DNA of 58,525 nt, filler included, from Sphacelaria rigidula (GCA_964200075.2; 6 parts of 6 records of this genome joined end to end with filler, not necessarily neighbours in it), one strand, 5' to 3'; counted from the whole stretch's first letter, positions 27,005 through 38,985 are shown. A program made the numbers and translations. The notes: generated by a model not told the origin, from the letters alone.

Positions 27005-27192
27005 AAACTCGGCTCTCGGCATCCTGGTTTGTCTTCCCCTATTTTTTCAAGTGAAAGTGATGCCGATTCATCAGAAAATGAGACCCTTTGACCGCCAGGT
27101 CAGGTCCTCCCATGAATCGCGATCACTTTCACTTGAAAAAATAGGACACCACTCAGAGCCAGCGAATAAACCAGGATACCGGGAGCCGAGTT
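27005..27192. repeat. Inverted repeat / foldback (arms 27005-27071 and 27112-27192)
   Basis: AAACTCGGCTC..CCTGGTTT..TTTTTCAAGTGAAAGTGAT pairs with ATCACTTTCACTTGAAAAA..AAACCAGG..GAGCCGAGTTT. Confidence 0.8.
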
Positions 27193-27693
27193 TGAGATTC
27201 GTGAATGTCAGATGTGACGCAACGCAAATCCAAGCCAGACCGTAACATGCAAATATGTGCATGTGTTCATCTCTGTTATCGCATTCCCTATTACACGCCT
27301 CTTCTGATTTCCTCTGAAATCGTGCCATACGCAATGCCCGGAGCCTGTGCCTCCCGGTCCAACTACGGTGTTAATGTAATATTTCCCCCGATCGTGAATA
27401 CACGATATGACCAAACAATCTCAATCTCCGTAACTGACCTATTTGTTTGCATCGACCGTTCCACAATTAATTGCCCTCAGATAAGCCTAGATTGTTTACT
27501 TTCGTACCCGTTCCACAAGCCTCAGATCCCGCGACGCTCCGATCTTTCACCTTTTTTCATGAAAAATGGCCCTACGGTATGAAAAGGCCGGATGTTTATG
27601 GCAAACAGATTTTTGGCCCACGGATTGTTCACTTTCGGGACCTTGAACCCACGTTTTGATCCCCAAACAGGGAAAATCGCTTACACACGTCTC

Positions 27694-27956
27694 GTACACT
27701 TTGCATCACCCCACAGAGAGGAGCTTAGCTTACTTTTCAGATTCGCTTGGCTCCGAGGTTTCGAGATTGGCCGCTGAACAATAAGTCGTGTGCAATCATC
27801 TGTGCTTGCCAACATCACTCTGCCCAATAATCTGTGAAGATCGCCATAGATTTTTTTGCACACAGATTATTGTTCAGCGGCCACTCTCGAAACCTTGGAA
27901 CCAGGCGAATCTGAAAAGTGGGCTAGGCTCCTTTCTGTGGGATGATGCAAAGTGTG
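27694..27956. repeat. Foldback hairpin, ~110-bp arms
   Basis: ACACTTTGCATCA..TTTTCAGATTCGC..GGCCGCTGAACAATAA pairs with TTATTGTTCAGCGGCC..GCGAATCTGAAAA..TGATGCAAAGTGT. Confidence 0.85.
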
Positions 27957-27964
27957 TAAAACAA

Positions 27965-28289
27965 CACACGCGGCCATTTGGCTACACCCCAAGATGCCTT
28001 CGGAGGGATGCGCGGGGAAAAACAAGCCTTCGGAGGCCTTCCATCCCTCCAGAGGAGACCAAACTCTACCGACCCGGAGGGCCGCGCACCCCATCCGGAG
28101 GAATTTGGGGGTATGCGCGGCCCTCCGGAGGCAAGACTACGCCTCCAGAGGCGTTCAACCCTTCTGGAGGGAACCAAAAAATCTCCTCTGGAGGGCCGCT
28201 CACCCCTTCGAAGGCGTTTAATTCCCCTGGAGGCTCGAAAAGTGTACCCACCCGGAGGAAGTTTGGAGGTAGCCAAATGGCCGCGTGTG
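27965..28289. mobile_element. Complete 325-bp CACTA/CMC-like MITE
   Basis: Perfect 21-bp TIR CACACGCGGCCATTTGGCTAC, flanked by AA on both sides; interior filled with palindromic CCTYCGGAGG-type repeats. Confidence 0.85.
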
Positions 28290-29214
28290 AATCGTTTTCG
28301 ATCGAAAACATGCGGTCGAAGGGCATGAAGCGGCGCTTCACTCCTATCTTATAGATTACCACGCCAGATAACACCTGTTCACAGGACCATGCAAACTCCA
28401 TCCAACTCATTCCCAGCTACTTGGCCATTAATTCCGCTCGGGTGCGTTAGTCGTTAGTGCACGTGCATGTAATTACTCTTGTGTTCGGGGAGAAACACCT
28501 GAGCCCACTGAACCCATGGTTACGGATGTTTTGTGCTGCACGATCTTGTTTCGAAACTAAATATAGAGTAGAAACCCCCGAGCCGTCCAACCCCATGGTT
28601 GCGAACTTAATGTACTGTGCGGTCTTGTTACGAAAAAACTAGTACAGTCTGTGGTGTTGCCAGATGATATCGCCTAGCTAGCTAGCTACCTACCTAGCCA
28701 TATATCCAGCAGACGGTCCACGAGGGAAAGGCAGTGCTGATCCCCTGTCAGGCCGCTTCTTATAGACTGAAAAAAAAATCTGTCTGAAAGCTGCCCTTTT
28801 GAACCTTTCATCACGGATTATTGGCGGAATATGGGCCTTAGCGGATTTGGCCTCGGAAAGATTTGCTCTATTTTCCACGAGGATTCCAGCACGCTTGTTC
28901 GATATTTCGTACTCCCAGTTTTTCTCTTGGCTGGATTCTGGATTTTTTCAGTCAGTTTGAAGTATTTGACCACGACAGCCGGTCACCTGCTGACGAGGCA
29001 TGGATATCGACTCTTTTCATCGTATCATCAACAGAGGTATATCCAACTTTGCTCTCGGTTTCTCGGTTTATTCGCTGGCTCCTTGTTCTATTTTTTTCAG
29101 CCCGAGTTTGAGATACAACTATTAATAACTTAAACATGCTTTCAACAGTGTTTTCGTGAGATTGAGAGTAGATGATACGATTGAGAGTGGCTTTGATCAT
29201 TCCCTTTAAGTGAG

Positions 29215-29314
29215 NNNNNNNNNNNNNNNNNNNNNNNNNNNNNNNNNNNNNNNNNNNNTTAATTAATTAANNNNNNNNNNNNNNNNNNNNNNNNNNNNNN
29301 NNNNNNNNNNNNNN
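29215..29314. other. Artificial contig linker
   Basis: N44-TTAATTAATTAA-N44. Confidence 0.99.
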
Positions 29315-29616
29315 AAAAAGAGACCTGCTGTTGTCACAGCAAGCACTGCAGTCTATATACCTCTCTCGAAATATGCAGCTACGTATAACAAAGCGTTTTA
29401 CACGCATCACTCCTTAATGATACTCTACGTAGCAGCGTGTACAGCAGTAGTAGTACTATCGCAGCAGGACACACGACGCTATACCGTAAATGCCCCGTGG
29501 ACATCACTCCCCCTTACTACATACGGTTTTGTGTACAGCAAGCTGTGTACAGCAAGCAGCGGGTGCAGTATGTGATATGTGGTGTGTTGAGAGGGGGGTG
29601 GAAGATCCGTGCCAAC

Positions 29617-29810
29617 GGCAAGATCTCTATCTTGGGGCCCTTTGCTGGGAGAGAGAAGTGATTCCTTCGACCAAAGTGACCGATGGAAGATCCGTGGTCA
29701 CGATATGCTGCACGGGCTGCATGGTTGTTTGCAGCGGTAAGATCTGTATTTTGGGGCCCTTTGGTGGGAGTGGGAAGCGATTGTTGCGTCGAAGATGGCC
29801 GATGGAAGAG
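29617..29810. repeat. Diverged tandem duplication (~118-bp period)
   Basis: CGG.AAGATCT.TAT.TTGGGGCCCTTT...CCGATGGAAGA occurs at 29617 and 29735. Confidence 0.75.
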
Positions 29811-32589
29811 ACTGATCTCCCGTCACATGTGGATACAATTTCCAAAAACAAGGGTACAATTGGGAGAAAAGTAGTCACAGCAGGGTACACCGTGGTCGTC
29901 TACCGCCGCCGCCGGGTGAAAATGGTCGTTGGCCAATCAGCTGCTCTCATTTCTCCTCCAAACAAAGAGGGTACCCAGGTTCGTCGCTAATGCACCATGG
30001 TATACCCTACTGTGACGTTTGCCCATTTTTTTTCTTGGGATGTGTAGCGGATACAAATATCTTCATCTCCCCGATGTGATGAGCGGTGGCAAGCGAAACG
30101 AGCCCGGGAACATCGCCAATTACGAAAAAATCACAAAATGCCACAAAATGAATAGTTAGACCGCCCACTACTGTAGGAATACAGCAGTACAATACAGCAT
30201 AGCTATGCGACTTTAGCCAACTTGACGTTTGAACGGGACACTCTTCAGGCGGGAAGGAGCGCCGTCGGTGACAAACCACTTCATCTCGCCCCCTCCTATA
30301 TCACCATCCATCTCGTCTCTGCCGGCCTCACAATTTGTTTTCAACACGTTTGCCCAACTTCGTCCCTTACAAGTTATTGAAATCAAGGGAAAACTAACGT
30401 TGAAGTGTTCATCTGGATAGCGTGTACCAGACCGTGCCCAAGCGTCTGATGAGATGGGATTCTCCCCACTCATGCCATGACCCTTACCCCATGGGGCCGA
30501 TGAAAAATCCACTCTCCAATCCCGCCGTCACAGCTATGTGCAGGACATGTACGCACAGCCAATCCGCTCAGCGTGAATCTCTTGATCGTCAACATCAACA
30601 TCGTTCTCGGTGGTTTTCACAGGCGCGGCGCCGCTGCTCGTGATCTCCAAATTGTGCACTTTCTCGTTCTAGCACTACGACAAGCGCGCCTTTCACTGCA
30701 GTTGCGTGGGTGTGTGGCGGCCACAACTGCTGCTGTTCGTCTTCTTGTGTTGTTATCTTCGCAATGGCGGTAAACGTGAGGTGGCAGCTCGGGGGCGTGT
30801 GCTTCCCGAGTATAGTACAGCAGCTGGACACTAGTGCACCAAGAGATTCCACCCAGTGATCTGGAGCGATATTTCCGGAGAAACAGCATCATGTCAACAC
30901 CGCCCACTCACAGGCTTGAATTAGTGTACTAGAAATATAGTACATTTCATATGAGCCAGGTTGTTTTCAGGTGACGCGTCAATTTTTTATTTACATGATT
31001 CGCCCGATTACCGTCCAGTTCTTGCGCATATAACGTTCGTGACCCACTTTCCGGAAATTTAGTACCCAAAATCGGCCCCCATTCCCGCCCATAACAGTCG
31101 TACCATCCCACACAAACTGTTCAAGTGTGGGTAGGGCAGGTATTTCCAAATTTGAATTTGTGGACATGTGTGACTTGAAAGGGTTTGAAATGAAGGGCCC
31201 TCCCCACGTATTTGAAGTTGGAAATACCTGTCCGACCCCCATTTTACTAGGTTGACGGCCTGTCGAGGATGCGTTTACATTTGACGTACGAACATAGCCG
31301 TACAATGGAATAATGCAGCAGAAGCCGGGCATGAACGCGAGAACATGCCACATCTTAGACTGTATCCTATTTATTCTGCCGTGCTGCAGTGCAATACGTT
31401 TGTATTTGATATACGAACATAGCTGCAGTGGTTGTAGAATGCCGCATAGGTGTACAGGGGTACTGTCCCACACATGGCGTTCAAATGTGCGTCGGAAAGG
31501 TTTTTTCAAATTTGAATATGTGGGGAGATGTGAAGTGAAAATCTTTGAACTGAAGGGCTCCTATGCAATGCACGATTTCCCGAAACAACAGAGAACTCCC
31601 GCCAGGGATGACACGTGCTCCCTGCACTTCCCAACAGAGGATGAGTGCTATAGGGATGGCGCGCGAACGTGGTGGTATGTATAGAGTCAATACGACCAAC
31701 AAAAGTAGAAGCATAATACAGACGCCATGATGTTGCTTATTCCGGTACACGCCGCGCTCTCTACGTTGGCTTCGCTGTGCCGCTGGTTACGCAAAGTGGT
31801 AGCTCGTTTTGAAGTGTCTGCGGTGTCGCTTGCGCAGTGTAGTAGTGTGTTTATTTTGCAAGTCCTCTAACACGAAGGCGTTGCGTGTAACAGTTACGAA
31901 GGGGCCCTTTTTTCGGCATTACAGGGGTTTGTTTATTGTGCTCTTTCCCCCATTCCCCCCCGTTGCGCCCAGAAGAGCATCCCACAAGAGGGTCGTGGGC
32001 GTGGGTGTCCAATCGTGTGGCGATAAGGTGTGCTATATCGTTTGTATATGTAAAAGGATATGAAATGATGTTATAGGAAGAGGACGGGCAGGAAGGGGGC
32101 GTCCGACACAAGAAGAGGGTTTCGATTAAGATGTTGCTCCGAAAATGATTATTTGCTTCGACAAAGTATGGAAGAAGCGTAGTCGATTGATTTGATTTCA
32201 ATATCCAACGGAGAGACATGATGCTGATAAAAAATGGGATTGCGCCCGCAATACATCGTAATATTCCAATATAATCGACGAATATGTGCCGAAGACATGT
32301 TTCGTCCAGGGTTTAAAATGTTCGCATGACAGTATCATTGTGAGAATGAGTTGATAGTTCCAACGCACAGAAACCCCTTCACTTCTTTTCGCAGGTTTGA
32401 TTCTTGAACCAATGTAGCCTCCGCATGGCTACGCAAGAAGAGCTGTACGGTACCACCTACAAACGCTATGCAGCTCATCCACGCCGGAAAACCCTGCACA
32501 GGGTCACGAAACCTCGTCAGGGTGGTGTTCAGGGCGCTATTTGCGTTAGTGAAAGCCGTTCAGGCGCAGTAATGGCGACCTTTCACCAA

Positions 32590-32820
32590 ACTGTACAGTT
32601 GGCTTTCCCAATTTTCAAAATGGTTGTTGTGTCAGGCTATTCCAGGTCCGGCCTTAGATCTCTGTGACAGAAAGCATTCTCGTTCTTCTCGGGATACCTT
32701 TTGATGACACAAGGAGAACGTTTCGACAAACTGCTCGAACCATGACGCCATTATATGGAGTACAGGTTAGTACACTGAAAACAAGATAACTGTACAATGG
32801 TGTATGGAGTGCAGAGTACT
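32590..32820 (-). repeat. Dispersed repeat family copy (homologous to 39184-39400, opposite orientation)
   Basis: TTTCAAAATGGTTGTTGTGTCAGGC...CAGAAAGCATTCTCGTT aligns with the reverse complement of 39280-39365. Confidence 0.65.
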
Positions 32821-35688
32821 ATACAGAACACAAGACAACATGACAGCTCTGCAGTGTTTTTTTTTGTTTTGGAATGAAGACGGACTGAATACAGTATGTA
32901 TCAGCTTCTCTTGTTGCTAAATTAATCTTGCCGTGGCCGCGAGCGCTGGCGCCGATGCCAACGGCAGCAGCCGTCATGCTGACGGGTGCAAATACCCTGG
33001 CGGTGCAGTATATCCGCACAGTGCTGTGCCTCGCTCCTTTCATTGGAGCATGGGATCTGGCCCGGCCGGTCGAGCGGTGTATACTGGTGCTGGTTGCGTG
33101 CCTTTACCCAGCAGTGCTCGGTATCGTGCAAGTGATGGGTGCGGGTAACATAAAAAAAATAATTTTCAACAGTCAAGTGTGTAGACAGCACCGCGTCCTG
33201 ACTGATACCATATGTTACAGCTTGGTTACAGGGAGACGAAAACAACAAAACAGCACATCAAGCAATCTCAGCGGAGACCAAACCGTCTTCGCAAGGTCTA
33301 AACACACGCCAGAACAGTGATAGATACAGCACATGAGAGCGGAAGTGAGTGTGTTTGTGCTGCAGTACAGTGAGACAAGACATGTCCCATGTTTTAGTCT
33401 TTCGGCTGATTTCGAACGAGCCCTCAGTGCTTGCAGGGTGCTGATCTTGAACGCTCGGACATAATCGCCCTTCGCGCAAATAATTGTATTTTCGCCCAAG
33501 ATACAGGCAGCCATGACAGCAGCAGAGGCGACCTTTCACTCCTGCGGACGCAACCTGGGGCAAACGCACGCTGTAGCTACAACACGAAGAGCTTTACAAA
33601 ATGATATCCCGCGTGCACGTTGACCGCAGGTACAAGCAGTTGCGTGCATGATGTGGCGACCTGCATAGGACAGCGCGAAATCAATGCAGCACAGGGGTAG
33701 GCTGAGGATGTGGCGTTCTGTGGTGTGCTTTGTCACCGTGCACCCTGCCGCTGTGCAGTGAGCAGGTAGTACCACCGAAAGCGTAACCTCGCGATTGGTA
33801 CGAAGTGTCGAACCCATAGCAGCAAACAGCATATTTCTTGTACAACAGACGAGGATGTGTGTTTCAAGACCGATGCGCACAGAGTGGGACCCGTGTCTAG
33901 AGAAATCTGCACCAACTCGCCCTGTTCTTGTTGATGCCTGAATCAATTTAGCAAAAAACGCTTGTAACGTGTTCTGTGACGAATGTCATGCGCCATGCAG
34001 CTTTTTCCCATGTGCGGCATCGCCCGTGAAGCGAGCTGTTGAAGCTAACAGTGCCCAACCCTATTCCCGCGATGACCTCCTGTCTGAGCTCGAGATGATT
34101 GAAACTGCGGGAACATGACTTCAACTAGTTGAACGTTCACCTCACCGTGGTTAAAGCTTTCATATTATCGAAAAGGAACACTACTGTGAGGGCGTCTGTC
34201 TGTTCTATCCCTTTTCCATTCCATTCCAATGTAAGAAAGGAGGGGAAAATTGGAGGCGCGATGCGAAGCAGAGCAACCTATGAATTTATAGCCAGCACAG
34301 TATACCAGCGCTGACCTCACGTGATGCCCTGTACAGCACGATATGTGTGGCGACGTATGTGCAGGCTCACCACTGCAGTTAACCAACACCAGCAACAGCC
34401 ACAACACAGCACGACACAGCTGCTCATTCGTACACGCCGATGTTGAACATCAAGTGTATTTGTATATACAAGCTCTTGTGGAGCCCATCTAATACAAAAC
34501 ATGAAATCATGTCGATTCAGCGCAAACACTGAAAGAGCATGAAGTCGCGGGAACCAATTACTGCCTTGACACGCCATGTACTGCTTTGCCACGCCGGCCA
34601 GCAGATGATGGAACGTTTTGAGACATCACGCCACCGACGCACCGGCCGTATTCCGATAGTGCATTTCGGAGCTCTCGTGTCCACCCATGGTACTGCTGTT
34701 GCTACTTTACGTTGGCCGACGATGGTTAGGACACTCCTCCGATTTTATACAAAGATGAAAGACAACCTGACCCGGACGATGCACCCGAACGTGCCTTCGC
34801 ACGCCGGGGCGCACCTGCTGAACCGTTTTCCGGCGGCATTAATGCATGAATCGTGTCCCTGTTGGGCATCTAGGTGTTGTCGTGGCATATGGGCCGAGTG
34901 TGTATCGAGAGAATGACAGTAGCAGTGGTGGCTGTAATACTCTTCCAACTGTCTACTTTCTGTTGGAGTTCTGGCCTTCACGACGGCGGTATGGCACTTC
35001 AAAACTATGGAAAGAATCACAAATCTTCAACGAGTGGACGCAGTTGTTGAACAAATTGAACATCGCTGAAACTGTCGCAGAGGCCGCAGAGTGATCGTAA
35101 GAGCACAAAATCGTGGAACATTAGTTCCCGCTCAGTCGCTTCAGGTCTTGCCGGAGCTAAAGTTTGATCAAAACCTTCTGGCGAATCCTTGCTGGTGTAT
35201 TTTGGATGTCGATATCGTTACACCCGTTTTTGTATCGCCAGTGTTGGCGAGCTGTACGCAACAGATGAGCAACTGATTCTATATGAAGGCTTGCGCTGCC
35301 ACCACAACGACACCTGCCGTACATGCACTACATGTCTTCTTTCGATTTGTCCTGTAATAGTTCGACGTGACTTTTCTCACAAGCAATGATGCGGCCCGCG
35401 CATTTCTGCTGGCGCGGTTGAACATGGAAGCATCTCTCCTTCACCCACGGTTCACGATATATTTGCCACCGTCTGTTCATGCTACCATAAGCAGTTGGTT
35501 TCGACAACACGACGCGACGGAGCTGATCGCCGACGCTACGAGAAAGAGGCACATTAGCAAGAACCGCTACAAGGCCACAAGGCGGAGTTCTGTTCCAAGC
35601 ATGCCAGGGCAGGAATGGTGAATGTGGAGGGCAAGAAGAGCGGCGACGAGGGTTGCTCAAAGCATCCACCGTATGGTATTGCGGAAGC

Positions 35689-37440
35689 ATGAGAGCGGAG
35701 TTCTGCTTCATGCATTCCAGGGCGAGAATGGTGAAATTGGCGGGCAAGAAGTGCGGCGACGAGGGCTGCTCGAAGCATCCATCGTTCGGTGTAGCAGGAA
35801 GCAAGGAAGCGAAGTTCTGCTCTAAGCATGCCAGGGCGGGAATGGTGAATGTGGCGATCAGGAAGTGCGGCGACGAGGGCTGCTCCACGCGTTCATCGTA
35901 TGGTGTAGCGGGAAGCACGAAGGCGGACTTCTGCTCTAAGCATGCCAGGGCGGGAATGGTGAATGTGGCGATCAGGAAGTGCGGCGACAAGGCCTGCTCT
36001 AAGCAACCATCGTTCGGGGTAGCGGGAAGCAAGAAAGCGGAGTTCTGCTCTAAGCATGCCAGGGCGGGAATGGTGGTTGTGGTGAAATGGAAGCACAAGT
36101 GCGGCGACGAGGGCTGCTCCACGCGTTCATCGTATGGTGTAGCGGAAAGCACGAAGGCGGAGTTCTGCTTCAAGCATGCCAGGGCAGGAATGGTGAATGT
36201 GGTGAACAAGAGGTGCACCCACGAGGGCTGCTCCACGCGCCCATCATACGGTGCAGCAGGTACCACGAAAGCGGGGTTCTGCTCCAAGCATGCCAGGGCG
36301 GGAATGGTGAATGTGGTGGACAAGAAGTGCGGCGACGAGGGCTGCTCCACGCATCCGTCGTATGGTGTAGCGGGGAGCAAGAAAGCGGAGTTCTGTTCCA
36401 AGCATGCCAGGGCGGGAATGGTGGACGTGGCGAACAAGAAGTACGGCTACGAGGGCTGCTACACGCGTCCATCGTATGGTGTGGCGGGAAGCACGAAAGC
36501 GGAGTTCTGCTGCAAACATGCAAGAGCGGGAATGGTGGGGGTGGTGGCCAAGAAGTGCGGCGACGAAGGCTCCTCTAAGCATCCATCGTTCGATGTAGCG
36601 GGAAGCACAAAGGCCGAGTTCTGCTCCAAGTATACCATGGCGGGAATGGTGGATACACAGGAGAAGAGGTGCGGCGACGAGGACTGCTCCAAGAATCCGT
36701 TGTATGATGTCGCGGGTATTAAAGAGGCGACGTTCTGCTCTGTGGATGACAGGGCGGAAATGGCGAATGTGGTATACAAAGTGTGCGGCGGCGAGGAATG
36801 CTACAAGTGGGCTATCGACGCGAAGCATACCGTTGATGAGTCGAAGGTTTGCCGGCAGCACGCACGTGCACACACCACAGCCACAGTGTCCGACACCACG
36901 AAGCTCAGGATTAGGGAGGACACCCCCGACCGTAGCCCGACTGCGGGGGACGGAGGAAGCGTTGCCGATGTGCAGAGAGCGAAGCGCAAGCTTGCAGCGT
37001 CCTCTGGTTCCGTTGCAAACCACAGGGATAATGTTCGCCTTAGTGTTGCTTACGCCGGTCCCAGTCAGGGTTCAAGAATGCCATCGAACTCGGGGCACTC
37101 ACTTTCCAAGGCTGAGGGTGAAGTGGCATTGGGAGCAAGGGTAGGTGCAGGAATGAAGGTGGAATTGGAAATGCCTTCTTCCACACACGGTGGTGATGAG
37201 GTGGGGGAGTATCGCGAGCGCGCTGCCCCGTCGAGTGGTTGGAGATGCAAACGTGGTGACAATGGCTTCATGGTCAGTGGTGACGGGAGTATGGGGCGGC
37301 ACTGTGGTTCGCTGGCAGTGGTACCTGGACGCCTGGGCACATCTGACTATGTGGCTTTTGGAGAGGCAGGGGAGAATACAAATATAAAGTTGGAGTTGGG
37401 AGTTTCTGGTCCTTTTTTTCGGACGTCCGGTACACGGTAG
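35689..37440 (+). CDS. EsV-1-7 cysteine-rich repeat protein (583 aa from ATG 35689), intronless; an extra 1.5 repeats upstream (35579-35688) are out of frame
   Basis: Ten 38-aa units of type KKCGDEGCSKHPSFGVAGSKKAEFCSKHARAGMVNV (C-x4-C-x16-C-x2-H), the EsV-1-7 motif of phaeoviruses and brown algae, followed by a low-complexity tail. Confidence 0.9.
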   Translation: MRAEFCFMHSRARMVKLAGKKCGDEGCSKHPSFGVAGSKEAKFCSKHARAGMVNVAIRKCGDEGCSTRSSYGVAGSTKADFCSKHARAGMVNVAIRKCGDKACSKQPSFGVAGSKKAEFCSKHARAGMVVVVKWKHKCGDEGCSTRSSYGVAESTKAEFCFKHARAGMVNVVNKRCTHEGCSTRPSYGAAGTTKAGFCSKHARAGMVNVVDKKCGDEGCSTHPSYGVAGSKKAEFCSKHARAGMVDVANKKYGYEGCYTRPSYGVAGSTKAEFCCKHARAGMVGVVAKKCGDEGSSKHPSFDVAGSTKAEFCSKYTMAGMVDTQEKRCGDEDCSKNPLYDVAGIKEATFCSVDDRAEMANVVYKVCGGEECYKWAIDAKHTVDESKVCRQHARAHTTATVSDTTKLRIREDTPDRSPTAGDGGSVADVQRAKRKLAASSGSVANHRDNVRLSVAYAGPSQGSRMPSNSGHSLSKAEGEVALGARVGAGMKVELEMPSSTHGGDEVGEYRERAAPSSGWRCKRGDNGFMVSGDGSMGRHCGSLAVVPGRLGTSDYVAFGEAGENTNIKLELGVSGPFFRTSGTR

Positions 37441-37794
37441 ATCATATCGTCCGTTGTAGCGATCTCGTTGCTGAGATCACCCGAGGGTGATGTCGATGTA
37501 TGCTCTCGAATGTTGTCAGCGGTCTTGACGGCAACTAACTGGTCGGCACTGTTGTTTCTGTTCTCGTAATGCATCCCCACTTTGATGCGAAATATCGATC
37601 TTGACATTTTGCGGCATAACTTCTGTAGTAGGTGAATCATTTCATTTGTTTTCTTTCTAAACACGCCGCATTTGCGCGGGTGCGTTTGCGCGGCCATTGG
37701 AGTAAAAGACACACCCAGTCTCGCACGCACACACCGACAGCTCGCAGCAGCAAATAGACGCCGTTTCTTGCAAAGTGGTTGAAAAGCCCCCCCT

Positions 37795-38300
37795 ATAGGG
37801 TAGCCTGGTCCGGCGAGAACCCGGCGTGCTCCGCCCCGGCTTTGTAGGGATGCGAGGTCAATGGTCTGATGGCTATGACATGCATGATCATGACTACACC
37901 CCCCTCCAAGGGTAAAATGAACATGTCTAGCGCTGAAAGTGCTGCCAAGAAAGCTGGGAGAAAAAACCTCAACAAGGATGAGCGGAGTGCTGTGGTGAGC
38001 AATGCTTCGGTAGGGTTGCACTTTTTGTTTCTGGGGCACTTTTTTGTAGGAGCCCAAATACAAGAAGAGGCTTACCAAATCTCCGGGAACCGGACTCCCG
38101 GACACATGGTGTTTGCACGTAGGGGCCTTGTCGTGGATCGGCATCATCTTCACTTTGTATCAAAGTAAAAATGATGCTGATTCTCGGAATGACCGGTCCA
38201 ACATCCCGAGCATCCCCAAGAAACGTTTTCGCTGAAAACGTGCAACCCCTACCGTAGCATTTCTCTGGTGCAGGAGCTTCTCGAAGAACACGGGACTTTA
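37795..38300 (+). mobile_element. Possible mariner-like (DD39D-type) transposon remnant
   Basis: RKNLNKDERSAVV resembles the N-terminus of plant/stramenopile mariner transposases. Leader TAGCCTGGTCCGGCGAGAACCCGGCGTGCTCCG recurs at 58438. Interrupted by a MITE. Confidence 0.4.
38008..38254. mobile_element. MITE with ~14-bp TIRs (Tc1/mariner-like)
   Basis: CGGTAGGGTTGCAC ... GTGCAACCCCTACCG, followed by TA on the right (TT on the left). Confidence 0.65.
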
Positions 38301-38985
38301 CATTTTCGGATTGATGTTTTTTTTTTGGGGGGGGGGGGATGAGAACCCGGAGAAATCAAATCTTTGTATCCACACCAAACCTTTAATATATGGTCCGATT
38401 TCTTCACTCTCTGGTAGCTGTTGATAACTATTACGAGCTGGGCCGCCCAAGAAGCCACCAGGAATGTCGAAACGCATTTCCTGCGCTCAATTTCGGATCG
38501 TTTTCGATGAAAGTTTGACACGATATACAGGACGAATGTGCAAACACCCCACCTTTCATCCCCTGTTTTTTTTTTTCCTCGTGAGTGATTGACAATTTTG
38601 TTTCGGAACAAACTGGTTTTCTTTCGGCTAATTCCGCCGCACATGGTACCTTCATCTCTCCTTATTTTCGCACTTGATTACAGTTTGGTAATTCGTTCGA
38701 TGAGACCTTGTCGGATCGCAGTTCTACAAGGGTTTGAAGACGTACGCTGATTTGCCAATCACCACGATGTGTCATAGTGGGCACAACTCGCGATACATCG
38801 TCAGTTAGAACAAGCTGGATGAAAGTGAGCTTCCTGGGCGGCTCAGCCTGTACGCGCCATACAAATTGGTATTTCGATAACCGAAATGTTAAGGTCCCAG
38901 GTGAAGAACCAATTTTAACAGCCAATCATCTATGTTGAGGATGGTGCTTTTGATTGAGGATGAGAACCCGGAGGATTAAAATCTT

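Noticed and set aside
29315-35570. Integrated phaeovirus segment or additional host gene upstream of EsV-1-7
   Set aside because: No dense intronless ORFs or recognisable viral core genes; short ORFs at 30200-31700 and 32900-35300 could not be assembled into a supported model.
35328-36437. 369-aa repetitive antisense ORF, and similar antisense ORFs over 11271-15538 and 41355-47226
   Set aside because: Shadow frames of GC-rich or repetitive coding sequence on the opposite strand.
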